A stretch of DNA of 64,000 nt from Candidatus Poribacteria bacterium (GTDB lineage Bacteria; Poribacteria; WGA-4E; WGA-3G). Positions 29,971-39,939 of the stretch are shown here, in pieces. The notes beneath the pieces were generated by a model, which saw nothing but the letters and a program-made list of their open reading frames with translations, was not told where the DNA came from and searched no databases. Where the stretch lies: assembly GCA_965215265.1 (NCBI GenBank), contig OZ244048.1, positions 4,096,001 to 4,160,000 on the forward strand, written 5' to 3'. The stretch's first letter is position 1. Every line of letters starts with the position of its first letter. A program made the translations under genes and the position numbers.

Positions 29971-31293
29971 ATGAATTACGTGACAAAAAAAATCCAATGG
30001 TTAGTCTTGCTGCTAACTGTTGCGAGTCTATTTCTATCCGCTTGTGGAAGCGACGAAGACGGGGACGATGCTGCCTTAGACGAAAGTGCCGAGGCTACAA
30101 TCACGGTGCCGCAGGCGTATGTCTTTGACAGCCGTTTCACGGAAGGTGAAAGCAGTGTCGCCTATTCAGGACAGGTTGTCCGGAACTTACTGCTGCAGGA
30201 CCTTAAAGCATTTACCGATAGCGTTGGAAAAGATGGGGCACGTCCTGTTACCGTGCAGGATATGCTCAAATTCTATGAATACGATGATGCCCTCAACCTG
30301 AAGACGCTGACGACTACAGGCACGCTACCCGCACTCGAAAGCCAATATTCCTCCCTTTCGACCGGGAAAAATCTTGTCGGTAAGATTTCTGACGAGCCGG
30401 TTATCGGTTACGGCAGCACTGCAGATGAACTGGTGAGGGAATGGTTTAAAACTATTGCGGATAACTCGCAAGATCCAGACAAACTCGGTACATCGATGGC
30501 TTATACCAGCGATGACGGTGTCGATATGTCGCAGATGATTAATAAGGTACTCATCGGGGCAGTCGTCTATTACCAAGCAACAGGCGTTTATCTCAATGAC
30601 TTGCTTGAACGCGATAATAGCGAGGCAAAAGACGGGACCAGTCCTTATACAGCAATGGAACACGCATGGGATGAAGCCTTCGGCTACTTTGGTGCTGCCC
30701 GCGATTATACCCGCTACACGGATGCTCAGCTCGCCGGAACAGTTGATGATTTCACATTCGATTCTAACGGAGACGGAAGCATCGACTTCAAATCGGAATA
30801 TAACTTCGGACTCTCCAGGAACGCCGGTAAGCGAGATAAAGGCGGCTCCGGTGTAGATGTCACCCAACAGATTTTCAATGCCTTCCTTTCTGGCAGAACG
30901 GCAATCACGAATCAAGGAACGGTAGCCGAAATTAGCGCACACAGGCAAGCCGCTGCAAATGGTATCGAGAAAGTTATCGCCGCAACGGTGGTACATTACA
31001 TAAACGATACACTCAGCGATATGTCTAAGTTAACTACGCCAGAGGAAAACCGGGCAAATTTAAATAAACATTGGGCAGAGATGAAAGGTTATACTATTGC
31101 TTTGCAATACAATCCTTTCCGATTGATTACTGATGCACAATTGGCGGAATTACACGGTATCATGGGGAAAGCACCCATATATGATGCACCCGGTAGTAAC
31201 GGCTACGATACCCAAGTTGCTAATTACGAACGCGCCAAGGTTGTCCTACAGACAGCATACGGCTTCTCCAACACGAATATGGAGAACTGGTAG
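29971..31293 (+). CDS. DUF4856-type (imelysin-related) iron-regulated lipoprotein
   Basis: Lipobox LSAC, SSVAYSGQVVR, MEHAWDEAFGYFG, VVHYIN, KHWAEMKG. Confidence 0.8.
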   Translation: MNYVTKKIQWLVLLLTVASLFLSACGSDEDGDDAALDESAEATITVPQAYVFDSRFTEGESSVAYSGQVVRNLLLQDLKAFTDSVGKDGARPVTVQDMLKFYEYDDALNLKTLTTTGTLPALESQYSSLSTGKNLVGKISDEPVIGYGSTADELVREWFKTIADNSQDPDKLGTSMAYTSDDGVDMSQMINKVLIGAVVYYQATGVYLNDLLERDNSEAKDGTSPYTAMEHAWDEAFGYFGAARDYTRYTDAQLAGTVDDFTFDSNGDGSIDFKSEYNFGLSRNAGKRDKGGSGVDVTQQIFNAFLSGRTAITNQGTVAEISAHRQAAANGIEKVIAATVVHYINDTLSDMSKLTTPEENRANLNKHWAEMKGYTIALQYNPFRLITDAQLAELHGIMGKAPIYDAPGSNGYDTQVANYERAKVVLQTAYGFSNTNMENW

Positions 31294-31381
31294 GCATCGA
31301 TGTAGGTTGGGTTTTAACTGTAAAGATGCCTTTGCTACCGGTAGGTGCACTGTAAAGTGCACCTACCAAATTACCTAATAA

Positions 31382-32809
31382 ATGACGACGGAATTCAGAA
31401 CCTGGAGTATTGTTTTTGTCTGTTGTATAGCGTCTCGATTGCTTAGCACTATCTACTACATTGAAGACTTAGACAGTCTCAGGTTCGCACTGAGTATCGT
31501 AGCGTACGATGTTGCCAAGTTGCAACCGCATTTCCCCGCATATCCTGTTTTCTGTTGCATCGCCAAACTTCTCTATGCGCTCATCCATCGTTATGCCTTA
31601 GCATTTTCACTGATTGGAGGTTTGTCAACCTTTTTCACAATCTTCTTTACACTAAAGATTGCGAAAATCCAAGTCACTACACTCTTGGGAAAACTTGTTA
31701 TCTGTGTGATATTTATGAATCCCTTGTTCTGGTTAATGAGCAATCGCTATATGCCCGATGTAATGGGGGTTGCCTGCCTGTTGGCAAGCCTTTATTTTAC
31801 AGCAAGTAGAAGGCACATACGGTGGGATTTCCATACCATCGCCGGATTCTTTCTCGCTGGCATTCTGAGCGGGATACGACTCTCATATCTTCCATTTTTG
31901 CTACCTATGCTGGTGGGACGGTTAAAACACCCCGGTCGACTACAGTGCATCATAGCGGGAACTATCGGTGTTCTTGTTTGGTTCATTCCGCTACTCTCAA
32001 TTACCGGATGGAACACGTTGATAGCATCGGCACAAACACAGAGCCACGGACATTTCGCAGACTTCGGCGGTACTGTCTCCACTCATCCCGAATTGTGGCT
32101 CCGCTTGACAAGACTTGTTGAGAGCATCTGGGCAGATGGATTTGGACTCTACTGGCAAAACCGGCACCCTATTACCGCCTGCACGGCTATCATCTTAATC
32201 GGAATTATTGCAGCCAATTGGCAAACATGGACTACAGAAAATCTTTCTAGACACAACTCTCCATCTCTGAATCTAGCTTTTATCGGATGTGTTGTCTATC
32301 TCGGATGGATATTTCTAGCCCAGAACGTTATCCATAAGAGCCGACATATTTTACCGTTGTTGCCGTTTCTAAGCTTAGGCATTGCATTCGCCTGCAACCA
32401 AATCATAAGATTCCAGACTCGACTTCGATATCCGGTTTCCTGGGGTGTTGTTATCATCTTTTTTCTCTGTTATAGTTATGTCACGCTACATACTGTTGCT
32501 CAACACAAAAAACCGACAGCGATTGCGCAAGTACATGAATATCTGCGCGACAAACAGGATGAACAGGGTGATAAACTGCATATTGTATGCGTGCCGTTGA
32601 TTAAATACTATTTGGCTTCACAAGCAATAGATGCAATCTATATGCCGATTAAAAGTGAGGCAGACCTCGCCCAACTTGATGAATTGGAGACTGAGTTTAT
32701 TGTTATCGGGAGCCCGCTGCCAAATCAAGTACCTAAAGTGAAAAAGACGTTCTACCACAACCCGTATGTCAATCGGATGTGGCCCGAATTGCCCTTATTT
32801 GAGTACTAA
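31382..32809 (+). CDS. Polytopic membrane protein, GT-C glycosyltransferase-like
   Basis: EDLDSLRF...QPHFPAYP early loop, many TM helices, RHILPLLP. Confidence 0.55.
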   Translation: MTTEFRTWSIVFVCCIASRLLSTIYYIEDLDSLRFALSIVAYDVAKLQPHFPAYPVFCCIAKLLYALIHRYALAFSLIGGLSTFFTIFFTLKIAKIQVTTLLGKLVICVIFMNPLFWLMSNRYMPDVMGVACLLASLYFTASRRHIRWDFHTIAGFFLAGILSGIRLSYLPFLLPMLVGRLKHPGRLQCIIAGTIGVLVWFIPLLSITGWNTLIASAQTQSHGHFADFGGTVSTHPELWLRLTRLVESIWADGFGLYWQNRHPITACTAIILIGIIAANWQTWTTENLSRHNSPSLNLAFIGCVVYLGWIFLAQNVIHKSRHILPLLPFLSLGIAFACNQIIRFQTRLRYPVSWGVVIIFFLCYSYVTLHTVAQHKKPTAIAQVHEYLRDKQDEQGDKLHIVCVPLIKYYLASQAIDAIYMPIKSEADLAQLDELETEFIVIGSPLPNQVPKVKKTFYHNPYVNRMWPELPLFEY

Positions 32810-32829
32810 ATCTGTAAGTACAAAACGCA

Positions 32830-34236
32830 ATGGATAACTCTACTATTTATATTCTCGGCGGCGGCCCTGCTGGGCTGACGACCGGATACTACGCAAAGAA
32901 AAACGGTTTCCGTAATTTCACTATTTTTGAAGCAGGTGAACACACCGGAGGAAACTGTCGTACGCTCAAAATCAAAGGGACAGATTGCAGGTCTAGCATT
33001 CTGCAAAAAGGTGATTTCCGATTCGACACCGGGGCGCACCGCTTCCATGACAAAAATTTACAAGTTACCGAAGAGGTAAAAAAACTCCTTGGCGATGATT
33101 TGTTACGGGTTGAAGCACCGAGCAAAATTTTTTTTGAAGGTAAATTCTACCGGTTCCCACTCCTGCTGAGCGACCTGCTCCAAAAACTGGAACCGGAGAG
33201 CTTACTAAGGATTGTATGGGAGAAACTACTTAACGCTAGCGGGCATCAGAAAAAAGCAGAAAACTTTGCCGAGTTTGCTATCAACCAGTACGGAAAAACG
33301 TTGTCGGAACGGTTCCTACTAAACTATTCTGAAAAACTGTGGGGCCAACAACCACATAAACTCTCTATCGCTGTCGCAGGTAATAGACTTAAAGGACTCG
33401 ATCTGGGCAGTTTCCTCCGTTCGATGCTATTAGGAACACCGAAAAATCCGAGCCACTTGGACGGATCTTTCTTTTATCCAAAACACGGCATCGGCATGAT
33501 TAGCGATAAGTTGTCCGAATTTATCGGGGCTGAGCATATCAAGTTGAAACACCGAATCAACCGATTAATCCATAAGGGACAGAGGATCGAGCGTATTATC
33601 ATAAACAGAGGCACGGGGCCACCGAATCCTTCCGCAGTGCAGGACAATATTGAGATACCTGTCTCCACAGTGATTAATACATTACCGCTGTCCCTTTCAA
33701 TACGGATGTTAGAACCGCCAGCACCACCACATCTCTGTGCTATTGCAGATAGAATTAAATACCGACACCTTGTGCTCTGTGTATTCTGTTTGAACCGCGA
33801 CGCTTTTTCGGAGAACGCTTCAATCTATTTTCCAAGTGAGGAATTTCCGTTTACGCGTTTGTACGAACCCAAAAACCGAAGCCCGCGGATGGCACCCAAA
33901 GGACAGACAGTCATCGTGTTAGAACTGCCCTGCTACAGCGATGATACCGTATGGAGTCTGCCAGAAGCATTATTACAAACCGAGGTTTGGGAAGCATTAC
34001 AGCGCGTCCAACCAATATCACAACTGGAGGTTCTCCATTATCAAACCTATAGGCTGCCCTTCGCCTATCCTGTCATTGAGGTGGGGTTTGAAGATAATGT
34101 CGCACGCCTTGTTACTTACTTTGAAACATTCGAGAATCTGTATCTGACTGGGAGGAATTCTCTGTTCCGCTATCTGCACCTGCATGACTTATTTAAAGCC
34201 GGAAAGGACGTGGTTGAACGGATTGCAAACACTTAA
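32830..34236 (+). CDS. FAD-dependent oxidoreductase (protoporphyrinogen oxidase / UDP-galactopyranose mutase-like)
   Basis: GGGPAGL, GGNCRT, FDTGAHRF, FFYPKHGIG, AYPV, GRNSLFRY. Confidence 0.85.
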   Translation: MDNSTIYILGGGPAGLTTGYYAKKNGFRNFTIFEAGEHTGGNCRTLKIKGTDCRSSILQKGDFRFDTGAHRFHDKNLQVTEEVKKLLGDDLLRVEAPSKIFFEGKFYRFPLLLSDLLQKLEPESLLRIVWEKLLNASGHQKKAENFAEFAINQYGKTLSERFLLNYSEKLWGQQPHKLSIAVAGNRLKGLDLGSFLRSMLLGTPKNPSHLDGSFFYPKHGIGMISDKLSEFIGAEHIKLKHRINRLIHKGQRIERIIINRGTGPPNPSAVQDNIEIPVSTVINTLPLSLSIRMLEPPAPPHLCAIADRIKYRHLVLCVFCLNRDAFSENASIYFPSEEFPFTRLYEPKNRSPRMAPKGQTVIVLELPCYSDDTVWSLPEALLQTEVWEALQRVQPISQLEVLHYQTYRLPFAYPVIEVGFEDNVARLVTYFETFENLYLTGRNSLFRYLHLHDLFKAGKDVVERIANT

Positions 34237-34397
34237 AATTGTATCCGCACACCGAAAGCTGTTCGCTAAACTATAATAATTGGTACTCTTGACAATAAAA
34301 CTCAAAATTTGTATAATGCAACGCATATTGTGAGTCCTTGATGGCAAAGCGGATATGTCAAATTGCAAGTAGAATGCAAGGTGCAGGAGGAAAAGAA

Positions 34398-35030
34398 TGG
34401 ATGGTGGCTGTATCAGAAAAGAGAGTCGTACAGAAAGTTCGTGGATATTTCGAGAATCTCAAGACTTCTGTCTTATCTGATTCTCGCTCTTATTCAATCA
34501 AGACAGAATACCCTATTCAGATGGGCAGTGACAATCGAAGAGCTGATGTTGTTCTTAAACAAGACTTAGTTTGGTTCTCCCAACTTTCAGGAGAGACGGA
34601 AATAGTTATTGCTGAGCGTAAAAGAGAAGGAACAACAAATAACGGTATTGAACAGTTACAATCTTACCTCTGTGCAACAGATACGCGTTTTGGTATATTT
34701 GCTAATAGTCTATACCCTACTAGATGGAAATATTATGAAAATTATGGACGCAACCATTTTGAAGCTATTACCCACGGAGACTTTGAAAAGAAAATCGTTA
34801 GTGAAGAAAACGACAAGGTACGCAAGCAGGAGGAAATAGAAGATCGGATTAATAAAGCAATAGAAATCCGGGAACGAGAACTCAGGGCTGAATATGAAAA
34901 GAAAGAGAATCAGCTAAAAAATGAATATACAATGAAAGAAATTACGCTACAGAATCAGCTAGAAGCAGAAAAAAAAGAGAGAAAAGTGGATTTTGGGTCG
35001 GTTTCTGCATTGGTATCATTATATGTATAA
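34398..35030 (+). CDS. HsdR-N-like PD-(D/E)XK domain protein with coiled coil; probably frameshifted near its C-terminus
   Basis: EYPIQMG..RADVVL..IAERKR..GIEQLQSYL..FGIFAN. Start uncertain (34338-34401). See A8 tract finding. Confidence 0.65.
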   Translation, partial: WMVAVSEKRVVQKVRGYFENLKTSVLSDSRSYSIKTEYPIQMGSDNRRADVVLKQDLVWFSQLSGETEIVIAERKREGTTNNGIEQLQSYLCATDTRFGIFANSLYPTRWKYYENYGRNHFEAITHGDFEKKIVSEENDKVRKQEEIEDRINKAIEIRERELRAEYEKKENQLKNEYTMKEITLQNQLEAEKKERKVDFGSVSALVSLYV

Positions 35031-35227
35031 TAATAGCCGTGTGGGCATCGGCATAAGAAACATAAACTTTTATTTAGAATAGAACTCGGATAACTCTGAA
35101 TGCACGCGTGAAAACCAAAAATGAATAATAAATTGGGAAACCGATCAAAAAAATTTGACATCAGTTTATAGAATATCGTATAATATATACAGTTGATTCA
35201 AAAACTGTCTGAATCCCTATCTAAATA

Positions 35228-35246
35228 GATAATGAGTCTCATTTTC
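35228..35246. promoter_or_regulatory. Fur box
   Basis: GATAATGAGTCTCATTTTC, downstream of a TTGACA-N17-TATAAT promoter at ~35155-35183. Confidence 0.75.
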
Positions 35247-35397
35247 ATTTTGTAGAGCGGGGTATTCGGACACTTAACTTCCTCCATGGGAAAGGGAGAT
35301 GCTTGCTGAAGGGGCGGAAAAGCCATATCCGCTGCGGTAAAACATCTTCCGATAGTCGGCGGCGGGGAACAAGATACCCCGCCTTGCCATAGATTTT

Positions 35398-35416
35398 GAT
35401 AATGATTTTCATTTTC
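35398..35416. promoter_or_regulatory. Fur box
   Basis: GATAATGATTTTCATTTTC, just before the RBS. Confidence 0.75.
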
Positions 35417-35429
35417 AACAAGGAAAATT

Positions 35430-35786
35430 ATGATAACAGTTGCAAACCGAATCTATGTTGCGCCTGAATATCGGCAGGCTTTTGAGGAGTGCTTCCGAAA
35501 CCGAGCACGCCTCGTAGATGGGATGCCGGGATTTATCTCAAACCACGTTTTACGTCCTGTCAATGAGGGCGAACCGTACGTTGTGTTTACCCTCTGGGAA
35601 TCACGGAAGGATTTTGACAACTGGGTAGAGTCCGAAGAATTCCAGAAAGGGCACGCGCAATCCGGTACGTTGCCCAAAGAAGCATTCACGCAAACAAATA
35701 AACTTGAACTTCACGAGGTATTTCTTGATTCCACTCGGCCTGAGCTGGAAGAGGAACCACCAGGGAAACCTTTCAAGGTGCATTAG
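35430..35786 (+). CDS. Antibiotic-biosynthesis-monooxygenase family, IsdG/HmoA-like heme-degrading enzyme
   Basis: VANRIYV...FEECFRNR...MPGF...TLWES...W..SEEF.KGH, in heme-uptake context. Confidence 0.85.
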   Translation: MITVANRIYVAPEYRQAFEECFRNRARLVDGMPGFISNHVLRPVNEGEPYVVFTLWESRKDFDNWVESEEFQKGHAQSGTLPKEAFTQTNKLELHEVFLDSTRPELEEEPPGKPFKVH

Positions 35787-36042
35787 AAAAGTGCAGAAAA
35801 AGCGACGCTAGAAACAAGGTATGCTCCCAATTGCCAATTATTAGCGATTACCTCTGTTTCTAATGGAATCAAACAGAAGCAGCGATTTGCATTCAGACTT
35901 TCCGTTTGATGTGTTTCGGACTTTTGGCGTTCGTCTATTACAACGTACTGCGTCCCGCGCCTTTTCTGCATAAATTAGGATACCCTATTGCACCCGCAAT
36001 TGTCAAGGAAATTTCGTCTGTAGTCGTGGTAAGGCTAGTATT

Positions 36043-36801
36043 ATGAGAGTGAAGTCCCCGCTTTTTGGGGCAATGGAAAACAGAGTGAATCAGATGCGAA
36101 AAACGACAACTTCAACACCTCAAGCAGATGGGTATGAACGAAGGGTTCGCCGGCGTTCACCCTACTTATTCCTTCCATTCGCTTGGAGCAGAGGGGCCTT
36201 TCTCAAATGGCTTCGCCGAACGCACGCTTGGCTTGGACTCTGGGGAGCTACTTTGGGGATACTATTCGGCGTTACTGGGATTTTGCTTAACCATCGGAGT
36301 GTCATGAAAATTAACGCTGCCAAAACTGAGCAGACAAAAACGGAACTGCCCCTTCCTGAACCGAAGCCTAAGAACATTGAAACGTTCGCAATGTGGCTAC
36401 AAACTGAACTTGAGCTCGAAAAAAAGTGGAGCCGCATACGTTCACAGAGCCCCCGAGAAATCAGTTGGGACGGAAAATCAGTCACACAACCGGAAAGATG
36501 GAGTGTCAGTTTTAGCAATCCGCAGCGCAGCTACAGCGCGCAATACTGGGTCGGTAATGCTTATGTGACTCTCACTCGGTTTGACAGGAATGCGTTTGCC
36601 TTTCTTAATCGCTTACACATGGCGAGCGGCATGGGGGCTGCTTGGATACTTCTCGCAGATTCAATTGCCGGTAGTTTTATCGTCCTCTCTCTCACAGGTA
36701 TATTGCTCTGGACACGGTTACACGGGCCACGCCTTCTCGCCGCAGGGCTGGGTTTGGGTTCCTTGATGCTCGCGCTCTGGTTTATTTGGCGTGTAATGTA
36801 A
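36043..36801 (+). CDS. PepSY-associated TM helix protein
   Basis: WLRRTHAWLG, GVTGILLNH, LNRLHMASG, SLTGILLW. Start may be 36094. Confidence 0.85.
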   Translation: MRVKSPLFGAMENRVNQMRKTTTSTPQADGYERRVRRRSPYLFLPFAWSRGAFLKWLRRTHAWLGLWGATLGILFGVTGILLNHRSVMKINAAKTEQTKTELPLPEPKPKNIETFAMWLQTELELEKKWSRIRSQSPREISWDGKSVTQPERWSVSFSNPQRSYSAQYWVGNAYVTLTRFDRNAFAFLNRLHMASGMGAAWILLADSIAGSFIVLSLTGILLWTRLHGPRLLAAGLGLGSLMLALWFIWRVM

Positions 36802-36836
36802 TCTATTGCGGCGTGACAAAGGAGAATGTTAACTTT

Positions 36837-38834
36837 ATGAATTTCAGACTTGACTTTCTAGTATGGACGTGCAGACCGCACACAACACGGTTTTTACTCA
36901 TATTGTTTGCGTGCGTTTGGTTAACAACACAAGCAATCGCAGAAGACCTACATGAAACTTCTCAAACGGAAGCAGATGTTAAACTTGATCCGGTTGTGGT
37001 AACCGCCACAAAGACCCGCCAATCTCTAAAAGATAGCCCGGTTCTCACACATCTCATTACGCGAGCGGAAATTGAAGCAACCGGAGCAGAAAATCTTGGA
37101 GAAGTCCTTGAAAATCAGGCCGGTATCATCGTTCATCGAGATGGCCATGGGGACGGCATACAAATTCAAGGCCTCGACTCTGAATATGTACTCATCCTCG
37201 TGGATAGCGAGCCGCAAATTGGACGCATTGCCGGCAAACTTGATCTGGCTCGAATCGCCGTTGAAAATGTTGAACGCATTGAGATTGTCAAAGGCGCATC
37301 TGCCTCCCTATTTGGGAATTCCGCATTAGGCGGCGTGGTTAACGTTATTACTCGTAAAGCAATCGCTCCGTTTTCACTACAAATATCCCAAAATGTTGAG
37401 CAAAACAGAACGTTTGATAGCAGGGGCACCATCGCCCTAAACGGAGACAGCATCAATACGCTTTTCACACTTAGCAGCAATCGGAGAAACCCCATTGATT
37501 TGGATACATCCAACCTCGATACCACTATTGATGGTTACACCAATTGGACAGGTTCTGCCCGGACCGCATATCAATTGACTCAGCAGACAACCGCAGTTTT
37601 TTCCGGACAATACTTGATGCAAACGCAAGAGGGAATCAGCGTAAACGATTCTATAGCGTTCGACCGGCTCGGAGACATCCAAAACTTCAGTGGAAGCCTT
37701 CGGGTAGAGCATCAATTCAAGAAATCGCGACCCTCTCGCGTAGAACCGCAGTTTACACCCCTTAAATTGATCGGTAAACTTTACGCCACACGCTATGACG
37801 ATGAATCCACCGTCCTTGAAAGAGAGAACAACGTCATAACCTCTCAAAACCTGAATGTCCAAGATTTGCTAAAGGGCGGAATTCAGTTTGACACCGTCCT
37901 TTGGAAGAACCATCAGTTGAGTTTAGGAGGCGAATTAATCTTTGAAAACCTACAATCCCAGCGGATTATAGGCGGTGAAAGCAGCCTTTTCACCAATTCA
38001 TTTTTTATTCAGAATGAATTTCGACCTATTCCAGCCTTTGCTTTGGTTGTAGGCGGACGTTCGGACACCCATTCAGAATTTGGAACCCATTTCAGTCCAA
38101 AGTTAAGCTCAATGTACCGCGTAACAAACGATTTGAGAATCCGCGCTTCGTATGGACAAGGATTTCGAGCACCTGATTTCAAAGATCTTTATCTCGATTT
38201 TACGAACGTTACTTCCGGTTATCAGGTTTTAGGAAATCCTGAGCTACAGCCCGAATCTTCACATAATTCGAATATCGGATTGGAATATCGGGTATCCGAT
38301 CAATTAAACGGTAGCATCCAATTATATCGCAATGACCTAACCGATCTGATTGAGGCAGAACGAGTCGGCACAAGCACAGCAGGGGGCAGCAAATTCCAAT
38401 ACAAAAATATAAGTGAAGCTTTCACGGAAGGATTTGATGCTGAAATCGTTATAGGAGCACCCGGCGGGTTCTCCGGGGCGATAGGTTATGCTTATTTGAG
38501 GGGCGAAGATAAAGCGACCGGCTTACCCCTCTTGAATCGTTCTACACACAGCGGAACCCTCAAATTGGCGTACCTACATGTCAAAAGTGATTTCCAAGTG
38601 GATTTGCACGGACGGTATGCCAGTCAATGGGGCTTCTTTGACGACGGAGACAACGTTTTAGAACCTGAGGAATTCGCACCGAGTTACTGGATATGGAACG
38701 TCCGCACATCAAAGAGGCTTTTCAAATCAATTAAAGCCTCTATCGGATGTAATAACATTTTCGATTTCAAGATTCCGACATTTTATACCTTTGTTGGCAG
38801 ATCGTTTTATGGCGGGCTCTCTTTAGGATACTAA
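36837..38834 (+). CDS. TonB-dependent receptor, probably heme (HmuR-like)
   Basis: TonB box VVVTATKT, VERIEIVKGASASLFG, GFRAPDFKDLY, GNPELQPE. Adjacent to hmuY genes. Confidence 0.9.
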   Translation: MNFRLDFLVWTCRPHTTRFLLILFACVWLTTQAIAEDLHETSQTEADVKLDPVVVTATKTRQSLKDSPVLTHLITRAEIEATGAENLGEVLENQAGIIVHRDGHGDGIQIQGLDSEYVLILVDSEPQIGRIAGKLDLARIAVENVERIEIVKGASASLFGNSALGGVVNVITRKAIAPFSLQISQNVEQNRTFDSRGTIALNGDSINTLFTLSSNRRNPIDLDTSNLDTTIDGYTNWTGSARTAYQLTQQTTAVFSGQYLMQTQEGISVNDSIAFDRLGDIQNFSGSLRVEHQFKKSRPSRVEPQFTPLKLIGKLYATRYDDESTVLERENNVITSQNLNVQDLLKGGIQFDTVLWKNHQLSLGGELIFENLQSQRIIGGESSLFTNSFFIQNEFRPIPAFALVVGGRSDTHSEFGTHFSPKLSSMYRVTNDLRIRASYGQGFRAPDFKDLYLDFTNVTSGYQVLGNPELQPESSHNSNIGLEYRVSDQLNGSIQLYRNDLTDLIEAERVGTSTAGGSKFQYKNISEAFTEGFDAEIVIGAPGGFSGAIGYAYLRGEDKATGLPLLNRSTHSGTLKLAYLHVKSDFQVDLHGRYASQWGFFDDGDNVLEPEEFAPSYWIWNVRTSKRLFKSIKASIGCNNIFDFKIPTFYTFVGRSFYGGLSLGY

Positions 38835-38911
38835 GACAAAACACCTATGAGGCAGATATTATCAGAGTCGTCTCATAGGGCAACTGAGCATACTAAGTAA
38901 GGAGCTATTTA

Positions 38912-39541
38912 ATGAAAAGACTCATGTTTTTCACAACTTCACTGATTATTTTCTCCTTCAGTTGTGTGATACTGAACACGCATGCTGAAATTCATCAAAA
39001 CACCTTGACGATTGATGCAACCGATAGAGACAATTGGGTTTTTGTCAATCTATTAGCGAACGAGACCGTGGAGATCGACGAGCCCAAAACCTCAATGAAG
39101 TGGGATCTCGGTTTCAAGCGTACCGAAGTCATCGTCAATGGAGGCACGAGTGGCCCAGGAGAGGGCAGTGCTCTCGCATTGAAGGACATTGCATTCGAAG
39201 AAATCCACGAGGCACCAGAGGAAGACTACGTTTCGGATACCGAGCAAATCGCAACGATTGCGCGGGACGACGGTTGGTACACCTACACTGGGCCACCGAA
39301 TCACTGGATTTTGCCTAATTCCAAGATCTATATCTTGCAGACTGCCGATGGCAATTTTGCAAAAGTTCGTTTTATCGGATACTACCAGAATAACGAAACC
39401 AAAGACGGGGCGGCACACATCAGCATAGAGTACACTTTACAGGACGATGGAAGCCGCAGCTTTGATGGTGCTCAACCCACGAGCATCGATGCACGACAGA
39501 AGTTAACCACAACGTGGGCAGAGATTAAAGATTTACAATAG
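38912..39541 (+). CDS. hmuY: HmuY-family hemophore with KLTTTWAEIK tail
   Basis: IDAT...WVF..L, WDLGFKR, NGGTSGPG, GWYTY, TADGNFAKV. Confidence 0.85.
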   Translation: MKRLMFFTTSLIIFSFSCVILNTHAEIHQNTLTIDATDRDNWVFVNLLANETVEIDEPKTSMKWDLGFKRTEVIVNGGTSGPGEGSALALKDIAFEEIHEAPEEDYVSDTEQIATIARDDGWYTYTGPPNHWILPNSKIYILQTADGNFAKVRFIGYYQNNETKDGAAHISIEYTLQDDGSRSFDGAQPTSIDARQKLTTTWAEIKDLQ

Positions 39542-39641
39542 TTTATTTATCGTTTATTTCCTATCTTGTTTGCATCCTTACAAAGCAAGCAGACAAGGTA
39601 TTTCAATACAGTTTTCGCACGGAAACTTAAAGGAGTTAAAA

Positions 39642-39872
39642 ATGGCTTGCAAATCCGAATTTTTATCACAACGCAACGTCTGTGCTATCTATCAATGCTT
39701 TGATGGACACCTTCATTTCAGATACAGAACCTTGGATATCATCATGGATACTGAAGATTTTTATCAAGTCGCGGAAGTGTTTACCGAAGCGTTGCGAATT
39801 TTACAGAAGGCTAAAGAACCAGTGATTGAGGAAATTGATTTGAAAAAAATGGATGTGTCAATAAAGGTTTAG
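39642..39872 (+). CDS. Small hypothetical protein
   Basis: AAGGAG RBS, 76 aa, Cys/His in the N-half, inside the heme operon. Confidence 0.6.
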   Translation: MACKSEFLSQRNVCAIYQCFDGHLHFRYRTLDIIMDTEDFYQVAEVFTEALRILQKAKEPVIEEIDLKKMDVSIKV

Positions 39873-39939
39873 ATATTGTTCGTATACAGGAGCCCCACAA
39901 CCTTTATTGGGCTCCTGTAGACAAAAAGGGAGAATTACC

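Noticed and set aside
35250-35390. Cobalamin riboswitch
   Set aside because: Only a partial resemblance (CCGCTGCGGTAA) and no clear B12 box; kept as an unassigned structured leader.
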